Positions 28,719 to 38,382 are shown, counted from the first letter of the stretch. The stretch is DNA of 64,000 nt from an uncultured Lachnospiraceae bacterium (GCA_948473115.1 CAOKWI010000004.1:24546-88545), one strand, 5' to 3'. Numbers and translations: made by a program. Notes: generated by a model not told the origin, from the letters alone.

Positions 28719-29951
28719 TCAAAAATCTCTTACATCAGTGACCCCGTCATATATGATTCCATCGTATTTCGTCGTCCCTCCCATCACCCATATATTTTTA
28801 ATCTGTCCCTTCAATTCTGAAAAACTCCATGTCTGGCGGCTCCTCGCCACACAATTTGGATCGTTGACCAGGAAGCCCGTCTTATCATACCCGTAGATCA
28901 CAATAAAATGCCCTGCCGCCGTAAAATCCCCCGGTCCCATGGAACAGATGATCACACTGCCGCTGTCCAGAGCCGCCCTCATCATACTTTCCTCTGCCTT
29001 GGGCTGGGATACGGAAATTCCATACTTTTCAGGCACATCCTGCAACAGCGCCCAGGCCGTGCCCGTTCCGGAAATATAGTAGCCATTCTTCATGCTGTAT
29101 TCTGCCATCCGGTCAGGTGTAAGGCTTTCATCCCTGGTCAGGTAAAACAGCGCCATGGACAGACAGGTAGGGCCGCAGCCCGCCAGACCGATATTACTGC
29201 CGTCACCGTAGTCGCCGTATCCCCATCTGGGATCCCACTGCAGAAAAAGCGGGAAAGCCTGCTCCATTTCATCCTGCGTCAAAGTGCCGTCAACACGCCC
29301 CACATTTGCCTCGTAGCCCATCACGAAATCCGTCATTTCGGGATTATTCGCCAAAGACTCCAGCAGCTTATCGGGATAGACATAACGGTTTTCCAGTATC
29401 TCCGCGATCCTCGTATCGTCTTCCGCCAGTTCATCCAGGCGATCCAGTACCTGTTCCATGGTGCGTTCACGGGGCCTGTCCACATACTCAAGCCCACACA
29501 GATTGACATAATCCTGTCCTGTCACGGGGAAACCGGAACCCGCCGCAGCCTGTCCTGCAGCTGTTGCGGTAAACGCCCCCTGCCCGGTTCCATCCCCGAA
29601 GGATGCCGGTTCCACATCCGTTCCGCCATGCAACTCTCCCACGGACACGGAACCCTGCATCAGCTTCAGTGTCTCATGCATCCGCTGCATCCGGATATAC
29701 ATGCTGAATATGACTACAATATTCAATATAAGCAAAATTCCCATGAACAGGGAAATCCTTCTCAACCGCCCCTTCAACGTTGTCAGCTGCTGCTGCATCT
29801 GCTGCTGTTGCTGTCTCAGGTACTGTTCCCTTTGGCTTCTTACCCTGCCGCTCTTCGATCCGTCGCTATATCCCCTGCCACTCTGAATATACTGCGACCT
29901 GTCCTGCCGCACCCTGTTTTCCTCCACATATCCTGCCCTGCTGTCATTCAT
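28719..29951 (-). CDS. Membrane-anchored C39-like (papain-fold) peptidase
   Basis: One TM; LQWDPRW, GCGPTC (Cys), GHFIV (His), VNDPN (Asp). Confidence 0.88.
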   Translation of the reverse strand: MNDSRAGYVEENRVRQDRSQYIQSGRGYSDGSKSGRVRSQREQYLRQQQQQMQQQLTTLKGRLRRISLFMGILLILNIVVIFSMYIRMQRMHETLKLMQGSVSVGELHGGTDVEPASFGDGTGQGAFTATAAGQAAAGSGFPVTGQDYVNLCGLEYVDRPRERTMEQVLDRLDELAEDDTRIAEILENRYVYPDKLLESLANNPEMTDFVMGYEANVGRVDGTLTQDEMEQAFPLFLQWDPRWGYGDYGDGSNIGLAGCGPTCLSMALFYLTRDESLTPDRMAEYSMKNGYYISGTGTAWALLQDVPEKYGISVSQPKAEESMMRAALDSGSVIICSMGPGDFTAAGHFIVIYGYDKTGFLVNDPNCVARSRQTWSFSELKGQIKNIWVMGGTTKYDGIIYDGVTDVRDF

Positions 29952-30080
29952 ATCCCATGTATTTTCCTTCCTGGATTTATGACTCTATTTTCTACCGGAT
30001 ATGTATCAGGTTTGTTAACTTTCAATTAAGCTTTTCTTTTGTTTTTCCTCGTTTTTGCTTTACATCATCGAAAATCCATA

Positions 30081-31082
30081 CTATTTGCCATAACTCCATA
30101 TATCTTTCAAATCTTCCCTGGAAATCACAAACTCTACACATCCCATATACATGGGCGCCACATCTCCCTCGTTAAAGCAAATGACAAGATCCCCTTCCTC
30201 ATTCAGATAAAAGGAGGTCTCTTCCGTAATTGCCTCAAAGTTCAATTCCGGAATATCCGTATTATCCACCCAATACACCTTCATGGAGTCCTCCGCCATC
30301 TGGTTCCGCATCTGTCCCTTGACAATATCACTGACAGGGGTGATATAATCGGCATCCGGCATAAACAGGTCCGACAGAGAAAGCTGCCTGCCGGTATTCA
30401 GGTCAACCGTATAATAATAATCCCACTCAGCGCCGCTGCCGGCTCCCTGATAGCAGATCAGCTTAAGGGTAAAATAATGATCCGTGCTGCTGACCACCTC
30501 CGAATCCACCAGCATATCCTGATAGCCTTCCTCATATTTCAGACTCTCTTCGAACTCCGCAATCAGCTGTCCGGATATCTGCTGCATCTGCGCATTGATC
30601 TCCTCCGCCGTTTTTGCCATATTCTCCTGAACCTCAGGCGTCGTCCCGCCCCTGCCTTCCGGCAGCTTCACCACGATCTCCGGAATCGTGATCTGAGCGT
30701 TATGGCGATCATCCTCATAGCTGTAATCCCGATAAGTTACAATATCCACGAGCCTTCCCAGGATGGGCAGCCGACTCATGGCGTGAGCCACGCCTGCGGA
30801 GGTATTGGGCAGCAGCACGAACAATGCCATACAGGCGGCAGCCGCAGCCGCCCATCTGATACCCGCATTTTTTCTCCGCGCCCTGTCCCTGTCACGTTTA
30901 CCACGTTCCATCTGCCGCTTCATTTTCTCTATCTGTTCATCGGACATACATGCCTTACCATATTCAGTTTTCAAGTGGTACAGTCCTCCGGAATCCCTTT
31001 TCATCCCCAGCTTCTCCCTTTCCATTCTTGCAATGTTCACAGTGACATAATCCTCCAGCCTATACAATCTCTTCTTTTTCAC
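30081..31082 (-). CDS. RsiV-like anti-sigma factor (DUF4163/DUF3298)
   Basis: TM AAAAACMALFVLLPNTS, 'AMSRLPILG', 'FYLNEEGDLVICFNEGDVAPMYMG'; coupled to an ECF sigma gene. Confidence 0.85.
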   Translation of the reverse strand: MKKKRLYRLEDYVTVNIARMEREKLGMKRDSGGLYHLKTEYGKACMSDEQIEKMKRQMERGKRDRDRARRKNAGIRWAAAAAACMALFVLLPNTSAGVAHAMSRLPILGRLVDIVTYRDYSYEDDRHNAQITIPEIVVKLPEGRGGTTPEVQENMAKTAEEINAQMQQISGQLIAEFEESLKYEEGYQDMLVDSEVVSSTDHYFTLKLICYQGAGSGAEWDYYYTVDLNTGRQLSLSDLFMPDADYITPVSDIVKGQMRNQMAEDSMKVYWVDNTDIPELNFEAITEETSFYLNEEGDLVICFNEGDVAPMYMGCVEFVISREDLKDIWSYGK

Positions 31083-31572
31083 TCAGCCTCACCCTCAATT
31101 TTTTCAAGCCGCGGTAAAGCCGGCTCTTAACCGTGCTCAGATTTTCATTCAATATCTCCGCGATTTCATCCAGTTTCATATCTTCAAAATATTTCAGTTC
31201 CACCACCAGCTTATCCTCCAGGCTCAATGCATCCAGGGCTGCCCTCAGATCAAAGTCCTGATAAGTATCCATTGCGGAAGGTTCCGCCTCCCCGGATTCC
31301 TCCAGCGCCTCAATGGAAATCGCTTTCTTCTGATGGTAGAAATCATATATTTCATTCAGCATGATCCTGTAGAGCCAGGTTGCCGCATACTCCTGATTTT
31401 TCAGACTGCCACTGTTTCGTATTGCTTTGTATGCGCCGTTCTGTACAATGTCACCCGCATCATACGAATTGTGCACATAGCTGAAAGCAAGACGGTAATA
31501 CCGGTCATAATTTTCAAGCAAGAGCTGTTCTACCTTTTCCTCCTTCGCCTTTCTGCCAGTCAAGATCATCAT
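31060..31572 (-). CDS. ECF RNA polymerase sigma factor (SigV-like)
   Basis: YRLAFSYV, DIVQ, TWLYRI, EIAEIL...STVKSRLYRG. Confidence 0.92.
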   Translation of the reverse strand: MMILTGRKAKEEKVEQLLLENYDRYYRLAFSYVHNSYDAGDIVQNGAYKAIRNSGSLKNQEYAATWLYRIMLNEIYDFYHQKKAISIEALEESGEAEPSAMDTYQDFDLRAALDALSLEDKLVVELKYFEDMKLDEIAEILNENLSTVKSRLYRGLKKLRVRLSEKEEIV

Positions 31573-31619
31573 TTCGTTCCTCCTTGTATCTTTCAGTGCG
31601 TATGTTTCCGTTCAAAGGT

Positions 31620-31648
31620 TTGACTCCACAGAGAGCCGAAAAGTTTCA
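31620..31648 (-). promoter_or_regulatory. Putative autoregulatory ECF promoter
   Basis: TGAAAC-TTTT...(N17)-AGTCAA upstream of the sigma gene. Confidence 0.65.
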
Positions 31649-31735
31649 TCCGGGGAAAAAAATGCTTCGCACTCTTACGAGACTTGCTTCGCAAACTCAT
31701 GAATGCGCGCGCCTGACGGCGCAGTTTCCTATAAA

Positions 31736-31781
31736 AAAGTGCCGCGAGCGGCACTTCGAAGAATGCTTCGCATTCTTCCCC
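31736..31781. repeat. Double-hairpin repeat D, intergenic copy
   Basis: AAAGTGCC-gcgagc-GGCACTTCGAAGAATGCTTCGCATTCTTCCCC; near-identical to 47072-47116. Confidence 0.85.
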
Positions 31782-31921
31782 GGTCAGGACGGAATTTCCT
31801 ATAAGATAAAAAAGCCGGAACTCAATCTTATAAAAGAAAGTGTCCCGGCCTTATTCCATCTATATTCCATCTATCAGGGCATATAATCAGTTCCATTTGC
31901 CCGTTTCTGAACAGCTACAGG

Positions 31922-33118
31922 TCATTTCACTAAACGCACGGTCTCCCTTGCAATCGCAAGCTCCTCGTTGGTAGGAATCACCATAACGGTTGTCCTGCTG
32001 TCAGCGGTGGAAATCGCGATATCCTCGCCGCGTTTGTGATTGGCATCCTCATCCACTTTCACGCCCAGATAGCCCAGGTACTCACATACCATGGAGCGAA
32101 CCAGCGCCGCGTTTTCTCCTATGCCTGCGGTAAAGCAGATCACATCCACACCGTTCATCGCCGCCACATAGGATCCGATATACTTTGCCACGCGGTAGCA
32201 GTAAGTCTTCATAGTGCGTACAGCATTTGCATCCTTCTTATGGAAGCCTTCCTCCAGGTCACGGAAATCGGAGGAAAGGTTATCGGAGAGTCCCAGCACG
32301 CCGGACTTCTTGTTCAGCACACTCATGATCTCGTCAATATTCTTGTTCTCCTTATGTGCAAGGAACTCAATGATAGCGGGATCCATATCGCCGGAACGGG
32401 TTCCCATGATCAGCCCCTCCAGCGGGGTAAGCCCCATGGAGGTGTCCACGCACTTACCGTTCTTGACCGCGGACACGGACGCGCCGTTGCCCAGGTGACA
32501 CACAATGATCTTCAGATCCTCATACTTCCTGCCCAGGACTTCCGCCGCCCTCTTGGACACATAGGAATGGCTGGTGCCGTGGAAGCCATATCTTCTGATC
32601 TTATACTTCTGATAATATTCATAGGGAAGCCCGTACATATACGCTTCCTCGGGCATGGTCTGGTGGAAAGCGGTGTCAAACACACCTACCATGGGAGTGT
32701 TGGGCATCAGCTTCTTGCAGGCATTGATGCCGATCAGGTTTGCGGGATTGTGCAGAGGCGCAAGGTCGTTGCACTCTTCAACCGCCGCCATTACCTCGTC
32801 ATTGATCAAAACGGACTCTGCAAATTTCTCGCCGCCATGTACCACGCGGTGTCCCACCGCCCCGATCTCATCCAGGCTCTTTACAACGCCGGTCCCGGGA
32901 TTGGTCAACGCCTCCAGCACCAGTCGGATCGCCTCCGTATGGTCGGGCATGGGGGTCACGGTGTTTTCCTTCTCTCCGCCCTCGGGGGCATATGTGATCA
33001 TACTTCCTTCGATGCCGATCCTCTCGCAGAGCCCCTTTGCAAGGCACTTCTCGGATTCAGAATCAATGAGCTGGAATTTAAGGGAAGAGGAACCGCAGTT
33101 AATCACTAATACTTTCAT
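31922..33118 (-). CDS. ackA: Acetate kinase
   Basis: VLVINCGSSSLK, GHRVVHGG, APLHNPAN, RRYGFHGTSH, PTNEE. Confidence 0.98.
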   Translation of the reverse strand: MKVLVINCGSSSLKFQLIDSESEKCLAKGLCERIGIEGSMITYAPEGGEKENTVTPMPDHTEAIRLVLEALTNPGTGVVKSLDEIGAVGHRVVHGGEKFAESVLINDEVMAAVEECNDLAPLHNPANLIGINACKKLMPNTPMVGVFDTAFHQTMPEEAYMYGLPYEYYQKYKIRRYGFHGTSHSYVSKRAAEVLGRKYEDLKIIVCHLGNGASVSAVKNGKCVDTSMGLTPLEGLIMGTRSGDMDPAIIEFLAHKENKNIDEIMSVLNKKSGVLGLSDNLSSDFRDLEEGFHKKDANAVRTMKTYCYRVAKYIGSYVAAMNGVDVICFTAGIGENAALVRSMVCEYLGYLGVKVDEDANHKRGEDIAISTADSRTTVMVIPTNEELAIARETVRLVK

Positions 33119-33212
33119 GTCAATCATATTCCTTTCATCTCATATATTTTTCTGGCAATTTTCTGTCCGGAAATCATCTGACCGGAAATTATCACAGCGT
33201 TACAGCGCTGCC

Positions 33213-34214
33213 CTATACCAGCTGAGCCTGTACTGCGGTGAGGGCTACCACACCTACGATATCCTGCCAGGAACAACCGCGGGACAGGTCATTGACGGGT
33301 TTTGCAATTCCCTGGAGCATGGGGCCGTAAGCCTCCGCACCGCCAAGTCTCTGCACCAGCTTATAGCCGATGTTTCCCGCATCCAGATTGGGGAAGATCA
33401 GTACATTGGCTCTGCCGCCCACGGGACTTCCGGGAGATTTGGTCTTAGCCACGCCGGGAACCAGCGCTGCGTCCAGCTGTAATTCGCCGTCCAAGGTCAG
33501 ATGAGGGTACTGCTCCTGGGCGATCCTGGTGGCTTCCACCACCTTGTCCACCAGCGCATGCTTTGCACTGCCCTTGGTGGAATGGCTCAGCATGGCGATA
33601 ACAGGCTTGGGGCCTATCAAAGCCTTAAAGCTTCTGGAAGAAGAATCTGCTATCGCCGCAAGCTCCTCCGCCGTGGGATCCTGATTCAGGCCGCAGTCAG
33701 CAAACAGGAAGGCTCCGTTCTCACCCTGATCCTTGAACTGAGTATCCATGACGAAAAATGCCGAAACCAGCTTGACTCCGGGAGCCGTCTTCAGGATCTG
33801 CAGCGCAGGCCGCAAGGTATCTGCGGTAGAGTGGCAGGCTCCCGCAACCATGCCGTCCGCTTCATTTGCCTTCACCATGACAATACCGAAGGTCAAGGGA
33901 TCGTTCAGAAGAATCTCCCTCGCCTTTTCCTCCGTCATGCCCTTCGCCTTCCTGGTCTCATACAGCAGATTTACATAGCTGTCCAGTTTATCTGTTTTCT
34001 TAGGGTTGACGACCGTAATACCGGACAGATCGACTTCCAGCCAGCCGGCACCGTCCATGATCTTCTCTTCGTCTCCGATCATGATAATGTCGGCAATACC
34101 CTCTTCTACGATCCTGGCCGCTGCCAGCAGAGTCCTCTTGTCATTGGACTCCGGTAAAACAATCGTCTTTTTGTCAAGCCTTGCTCTCTCCTTGATCAGG
34201 TCAATGTATGACAT
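33213..34214 (-). CDS. pta: Phosphate acetyltransferase
   Basis: [42 protein letters not shown]. Confidence 0.97.
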   Translation of the reverse strand: MSYIDLIKERARLDKKTIVLPESNDKRTLLAAARIVEEGIADIIMIGDEEKIMDGAGWLEVDLSGITVVNPKKTDKLDSYVNLLYETRKAKGMTEEKAREILLNDPLTFGIVMVKANEADGMVAGACHSTADTLRPALQILKTAPGVKLVSAFFVMDTQFKDQGENGAFLFADCGLNQDPTAEELAAIADSSSRSFKALIGPKPVIAMLSHSTKGSAKHALVDKVVEATRIAQEQYPHLTLDGELQLDAALVPGVAKTKSPGSPVGGRANVLIFPNLDAGNIGYKLVQRLGGAEAYGPMLQGIAKPVNDLSRGCSWQDIVGVVALTAVQAQLV

Positions 34215-34518
34215 ATCCATTCTCCTTTCCGGCGGGTTCACCGCTTGTCCCTCTTGTTTTTTAATAAGTTTTGTAAGTTTTGCACTTAACAAACTGAGAT
34301 ATTTATATTATACTAGATATAAAGACAATGTACAAGGTTGAATCTTCGTTAAATTGTATATTTTCAAGTACATATTCCTTGTATTTTCCTGTCACTTTTT
34401 TCGTTACTTTGGCATGTGTAAACGCTTACATATATGTTATTTTTTTCACAGTGCCGTTTTCTGTTTTAATACGTATTATCGTAACTATTGCTGCTGCATG
34501 CGGAGAAATGAGGTTTTC

Positions 34519-35754
34519 ATGGTAGTAAACGGAATCATTGCAGAGTACAATCCCTTTCATAACGGTCATAAATACCAGATGGATATGTCCCGCCAGATGA
34601 CCGGCGCTGACTACACTGTCGTAGTTATGAGCGGAGATTTCGTACAGCGCGGCGCTCCTGCCCTTCTGGACAAGCACCGGCGCGCCGAGATGGCGCTTAA
34701 ATGCGGCGCTGACCTGGTTCTGGGACTGCCCGCCATCTACTCCACCTCCAGCGCCGAATATTTCTCCATGGGCGCCGTGTCCACACTGGATAAGCTGGGA
34801 GTGGTGACGCACCTGTGCTTCGGCAGTGAGTGCGGCAATGTGGAGATCATGACAAAGGCCGCCCGTATCCTTGTGGAAGAGCCGGAGGACTTCTCCGCCA
34901 CCATGCGTCAATATCTGAAACAGGGCGTTTCCTATCCCAATGCGCGCAACTGGGCGATGTTCCTCAATTACCCGTGTCTGCAGGCCTACAGGGATGTGTT
35001 TGCCACCCCGAACAATATCCTTGGAATCGAATATATCAAGGCTCTGCTCCGCCGTGACAGCAGGATGTCCCCCGTGACCGTCCTCCGCACCGGCGCAGGC
35101 TACCACGACAGGATGACTGACATGGAATACTGCTCCGCGCTGGCGATCCGCCAGGCCCTTTATACAGGGCAGACTCCCGATTCCATGAAATCCCAGATGC
35201 CTGTTGAGGCATGGCAGATCTTACGGCAATCCATAGAGGATTCCGCCATTATATGCAGCCATGATTTTTCTGATCTGCTATACTACAAATTGCTTCTGGA
35301 ACGGGAACAGGGATATCAGAAATACCTGGATGTATCCGATGATCTCTCAGACAGGATACGTAATAACCTGGACTACTACCGCGATTATGATAACTTCTGC
35401 GACCTGCTTAAGACAAAGAACATGACATATACGCGCATCAGCCGATGCCTGCTTCACATTCTGCTGAACATCAGGCAGGAGGACGTGGACTTATGCAAAA
35501 AGCTGGACTATATTCCTTACGCCCGTGTGCTGGGCATGCGCAAAGACGCCCATGAACTCCTCGGCGCAATCAAGGAACAGTCCTCCATCCCTTTGATCAC
35601 AAAGCTTGCGGACGCGGAAAAGAGCCTTGATCCGGACGCCATGCATATGCTGGCACAGGATATTCTGGTATCCCACATTTACCGGAGCGTGACCCCGCAT
35701 TTTAAGGAAAGGAATGTTGTCAGCGAATATTCGATACCCATTGTGACTCTGTGA
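34519..35754 (+). CDS. tmcAL: tRNA(Met) cytidine acetate ligase (YlbM family nucleotidyltransferase)
   Basis: GIIAEYNPFHNGH, MSGDFVQRG, PNNILGIEY; divergent from pta. Confidence 0.9.
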   Translation: MVVNGIIAEYNPFHNGHKYQMDMSRQMTGADYTVVVMSGDFVQRGAPALLDKHRRAEMALKCGADLVLGLPAIYSTSSAEYFSMGAVSTLDKLGVVTHLCFGSECGNVEIMTKAARILVEEPEDFSATMRQYLKQGVSYPNARNWAMFLNYPCLQAYRDVFATPNNILGIEYIKALLRRDSRMSPVTVLRTGAGYHDRMTDMEYCSALAIRQALYTGQTPDSMKSQMPVEAWQILRQSIEDSAIICSHDFSDLLYYKLLLEREQGYQKYLDVSDDLSDRIRNNLDYYRDYDNFCDLLKTKNMTYTRISRCLLHILLNIRQEDVDLCKKLDYIPYARVLGMRKDAHELLGAIKEQSSIPLITKLADAEKSLDPDAMHMLAQDILVSHIYRSVTPHFKERNVVSEYSIPIVTL

Positions 35755-35768
35755 AACCGGAAAACCGA

Positions 35769-35811
35769 GGACGGGCAGATATACCCTCTTACAGGATGTA
35801 TCTGCCCGTCC
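35769..35811. terminator. Hairpin between convergent genes
   Basis: GGACGGGCAGATA...TATCTGCCCGTCC. Confidence 0.65.
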
Positions 35812-35827
35812 ATGATTCATGGCCTCC

Positions 35828-36484
35828 TCAGTAGCCGTAATTGATTCCGCTTATTTTCAGGGAACCGTCCCGAACCCCGAATGTAATGCTTGGCGCGCCG
35901 TCGCTCCCATATAGTGTAAAGCCTGCCATGCTTGGACTCAGACTATTCTCGTCAGCTTCCGCAATGGAACTGAGCATTTCCTCCGGCAGGAGCTCTTCCA
36001 CATCCAGGCCGACAAAATCATCCCTGGTTTCCACAACGGTTCCGCCCGACAGCCCCACATAGACAGGAAAGCCCGTCAAATCTGCCAGCATTTCCACATT
36101 CTTCTGCGCCACGGCCTCCTTTATCATTCTTGCAAATTCTGCCGCTGCTGCTTCGTCCACATCAAAGTTATCCTCGTAATCATCCCTCAGCCCTGCCGCT
36201 TCCGCCGATGTTTCCGTCTGCTGCGCATCCGAAACACCCTGGGACACCTCCGGGTTTCCCGCATTGTCGTTCCCCTGCGCCGGACTGCCGTCCAGGCCCA
36301 CTTCCTGACTGACTTCCTGACCTGTGCTCTGACCGACTTCCTTCCCTGTATCCTGTCCGGCCTCCTGCCTGCCTGTTTCCGGGCCTGTCCCCTGCGAGTC
36401 CATCCCCTCCCCTGTCTTATCGCCGCAGCCAGCCAATGTCAGCACAACAGCAGCCGCCATAACCAAATTCAATATCTTTTTCAT
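35828..36484 (-). CDS. Lipoprotein of unknown function
   Basis: Lipobox LAGC; repetitive GQE linker; acidic C-terminal domain. Confidence 0.85.
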   Translation of the reverse strand: MKKILNLVMAAAVVLTLAGCGDKTGEGMDSQGTGPETGRQEAGQDTGKEVGQSTGQEVSQEVGLDGSPAQGNDNAGNPEVSQGVSDAQQTETSAEAAGLRDDYEDNFDVDEAAAAEFARMIKEAVAQKNVEMLADLTGFPVYVGLSGGTVVETRDDFVGLDVEELLPEEMLSSIAEADENSLSPSMAGFTLYGSDGAPSITFGVRDGSLKISGINYGY

Positions 36485-36564
36485 CGGACGCTCCTCTCTT
36501 TCTCATAATTTCTCTTAATTTCTCTTGATTTTTCTTGATTTTTCTGCATTAAATGGATTTCCTG

Positions 36565-37437
36565 TTACGGAATCACTATCTCAAATTCCGGCTCACCTGC
36601 GGAACCGGGCGCAATCTCATACTGCTCCAACACAATCACCGGATTTCCTGCAGCATTCATGTAGAATCCGGTATCCTCACCGATACCCTTCCATTCATCC
36701 GCCCAGTATTCCATGCCTTCCTCAATCTCTCTCTGCTTTATCTGCTGACGCACACTCTGTTCCGCAATCCGGGCATAGTCCTCTCCCAGGATATCCTCAA
36801 GCGTGATCCACCTTCCCGCTTCCTGATCAAAATTATAGAACTTTGTCTCACGATACGCGGAACTCCAGTTCTCACTCCCCATAACCGCCAGAGAGAGATA
36901 TCTGTCTGTCTGGGACTTGACCTCATACCATACCTTGATCGCAATATGATGTGCTTCCCATTCCTCCTCGGTCCCCCCGGTGTCCAGGAATGCCTGCCTG
37001 TATTCCTTTGCCCGTTCGATCGCCGCATCCGCATACTGTTGGCAGAACATATGGATTTCTTCGTTTACCGAATCTTCCAGACCGCTCAGTTCCCCAGAAA
37101 TCATTTCAATGCTGGGAACATCCACAGAGATCTTGATATCTTCTGTTTCCGAGTCATAGGAACGGAACGTGAAGATCCTTGCTATTGTCCCGAGTACAGG
37201 CACATTCTGTAGTTCCCGGGCAAACACCTCGCTGGTGTTAACGCCTGCCGTAAACATTGCCACTGCCACCGCTGCCGCCATCATTCCTGTTTTCATAAAA
37301 ACCCTCCACCTTTGCTTTTTCCTTTTCTCTCCGTACCTGATCTGTGCCTTTTCCACTTCCATCATTACCCGTTTGGACAGTTCCTCCGGAATAGGAATAT
37401 CCTCATATTTCTGTTTTGCTTCTGCCATGTGCTTCAT
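36565..37437 (-). CDS. RsiV-like anti-sigma factor
   Basis: KYEDIPIPEEL, TM 'AAAVAVAMFTAGVNTS', 'VPVLGTIARIFTFR', 'FYMNAAGNPVIV..YEIAPGSAG'. Confidence 0.88.
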   Translation of the reverse strand: MKHMAEAKQKYEDIPIPEELSKRVMMEVEKAQIRYGEKRKKQRWRVFMKTGMMAAAVAVAMFTAGVNTSEVFARELQNVPVLGTIARIFTFRSYDSETEDIKISVDVPSIEMISGELSGLEDSVNEEIHMFCQQYADAAIERAKEYRQAFLDTGGTEEEWEAHHIAIKVWYEVKSQTDRYLSLAVMGSENWSSAYRETKFYNFDQEAGRWITLEDILGEDYARIAEQSVRQQIKQREIEEGMEYWADEWKGIGEDTGFYMNAAGNPVIVLEQYEIAPGSAGEPEFEIVIP

Positions 37438-37937
37438 GCCCCTCTCTCCTCTCCGATTTCAACCCGCAATGCTTTCAGGCCGCGATATAATTTTGCCTTT
37501 ACCGTGTTGAGATTCATTTTGAGAATCCCCGCGATCTCATTGAATGTCATTTCTTCAAAAAACCTGAGCTTGATAATACTTTGAACATCCTTCTCCATCC
37601 TGCCGATCCGCTCATAAAGATCATCCTGAATTTCATAGCCGCTCTCTTCACACGGAATTTCCCAACAGCTGCTCTCTTCTGTCAGAACCACCCGCTTCCT
37701 TGCATTCAGGCAGGCATAGCTTTCGTTCACCAGTATTTTGTAGAACCAGGTGCGAAGCGCCGCTTCGTCCCTCAGGCTTTCATAATTCTCCAATGCCTTA
37801 CAGACCGCATTTTGAACCACATCCAGTGCATCATCCTGGTTTTTAACATAGCTGAAGGCCAGCCTGTAAAACTTATCCTGATTCTCGATGATATAAGCAG
37901 CCAACCTGTCATAAAGCGTCTGCTTCAACGAAACCAT
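37434..37937 (-). CDS. ECF RNA polymerase sigma factor (SigV-like)
   Basis: FYRLAFSYVKN, DVVQ, TWFYKILVN, NTVKAKLYRG; ATGA overlap with the anti-sigma gene. Confidence 0.92.
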   Translation of the reverse strand: MVSLKQTLYDRLAAYIIENQDKFYRLAFSYVKNQDDALDVVQNAVCKALENYESLRDEAALRTWFYKILVNESYACLNARKRVVLTEESSCWEIPCEESGYEIQDDLYERIGRMEKDVQSIIKLRFFEEMTFNEIAGILKMNLNTVKAKLYRGLKALRVEIGEERGA

Positions 37938-37966
37938 CTCCTTTCTCCATACTGCCATTTATCCTA

Positions 37967-37995
37967 TAGATAAAAATGAAGTGCAAAAAGTTGCA
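37967..37995 (-). promoter_or_regulatory. Putative autoregulatory ECF promoter
   Basis: TGCAAC-TTTTT...(N17)-TATCTA. Confidence 0.65.
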
Positions 37996-38076
37996 GAAAA
38001 AACAAAAAAAGGATTGCCGCCATGACAATCCCCTCCGAAGCCAGTTTTCCTGTCTTTACACAATTTGTTCTTCCGT

Positions 38077-38183
38077 AACAGTTCAGCCATGCAACAATTC
38101 ACATATTGCGCGTGGGTGCTTGCACACAAAGCGTGATCTGCGAATTGTTGCATGAGCGGAGCGCCCTCACATGAAGCCAAAAG
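38077..38183 (+). repeat. Dispersed structured repeat B, copy 1
   Basis: 107 bp aligning with the reverse complement of 61682-61788. Confidence 0.88.
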
Positions 38184-38189
38184 GCGGCT

Positions 38190-38266
38190 CTCGCGACATT
38201 CACCAAGTCAGCTTGCTGACTTTATGCTCGCGCAAGCGCGGCACTTGGTTCATTGCACGCGGAAAT
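38190..38266 (+). repeat. Dispersed palindromic repeat C, copy 1
   Basis: Flanks match 52348-52425 directly; the interior matches in reverse complement. Confidence 0.8.
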
Positions 38267-38382
38267 AAAAGATGAGCCGCACAGCGGCGTCGGATGCGAA
38301 GCAGACGCTGAGGAGGGGGCTTGCCCACCTCGTTATGAATGAGAGAACTGAACTGTTACGTTCTTCCTGACAATTTCCCCTC

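Noticed and set aside
28719-29951. C39 peptidase as a bacteriocin leader peptidase
   Set aside because: Stand-alone membrane-anchored C39-like protein, not fused to an ABC transporter, with no double-glycine precursor nearby
36490-36545. 10-bp TCTCTTAATT-type repeats upstream of the lipoprotein gene
   Set aside because: Low-complexity AT-rich slippage tract with no evidence of function
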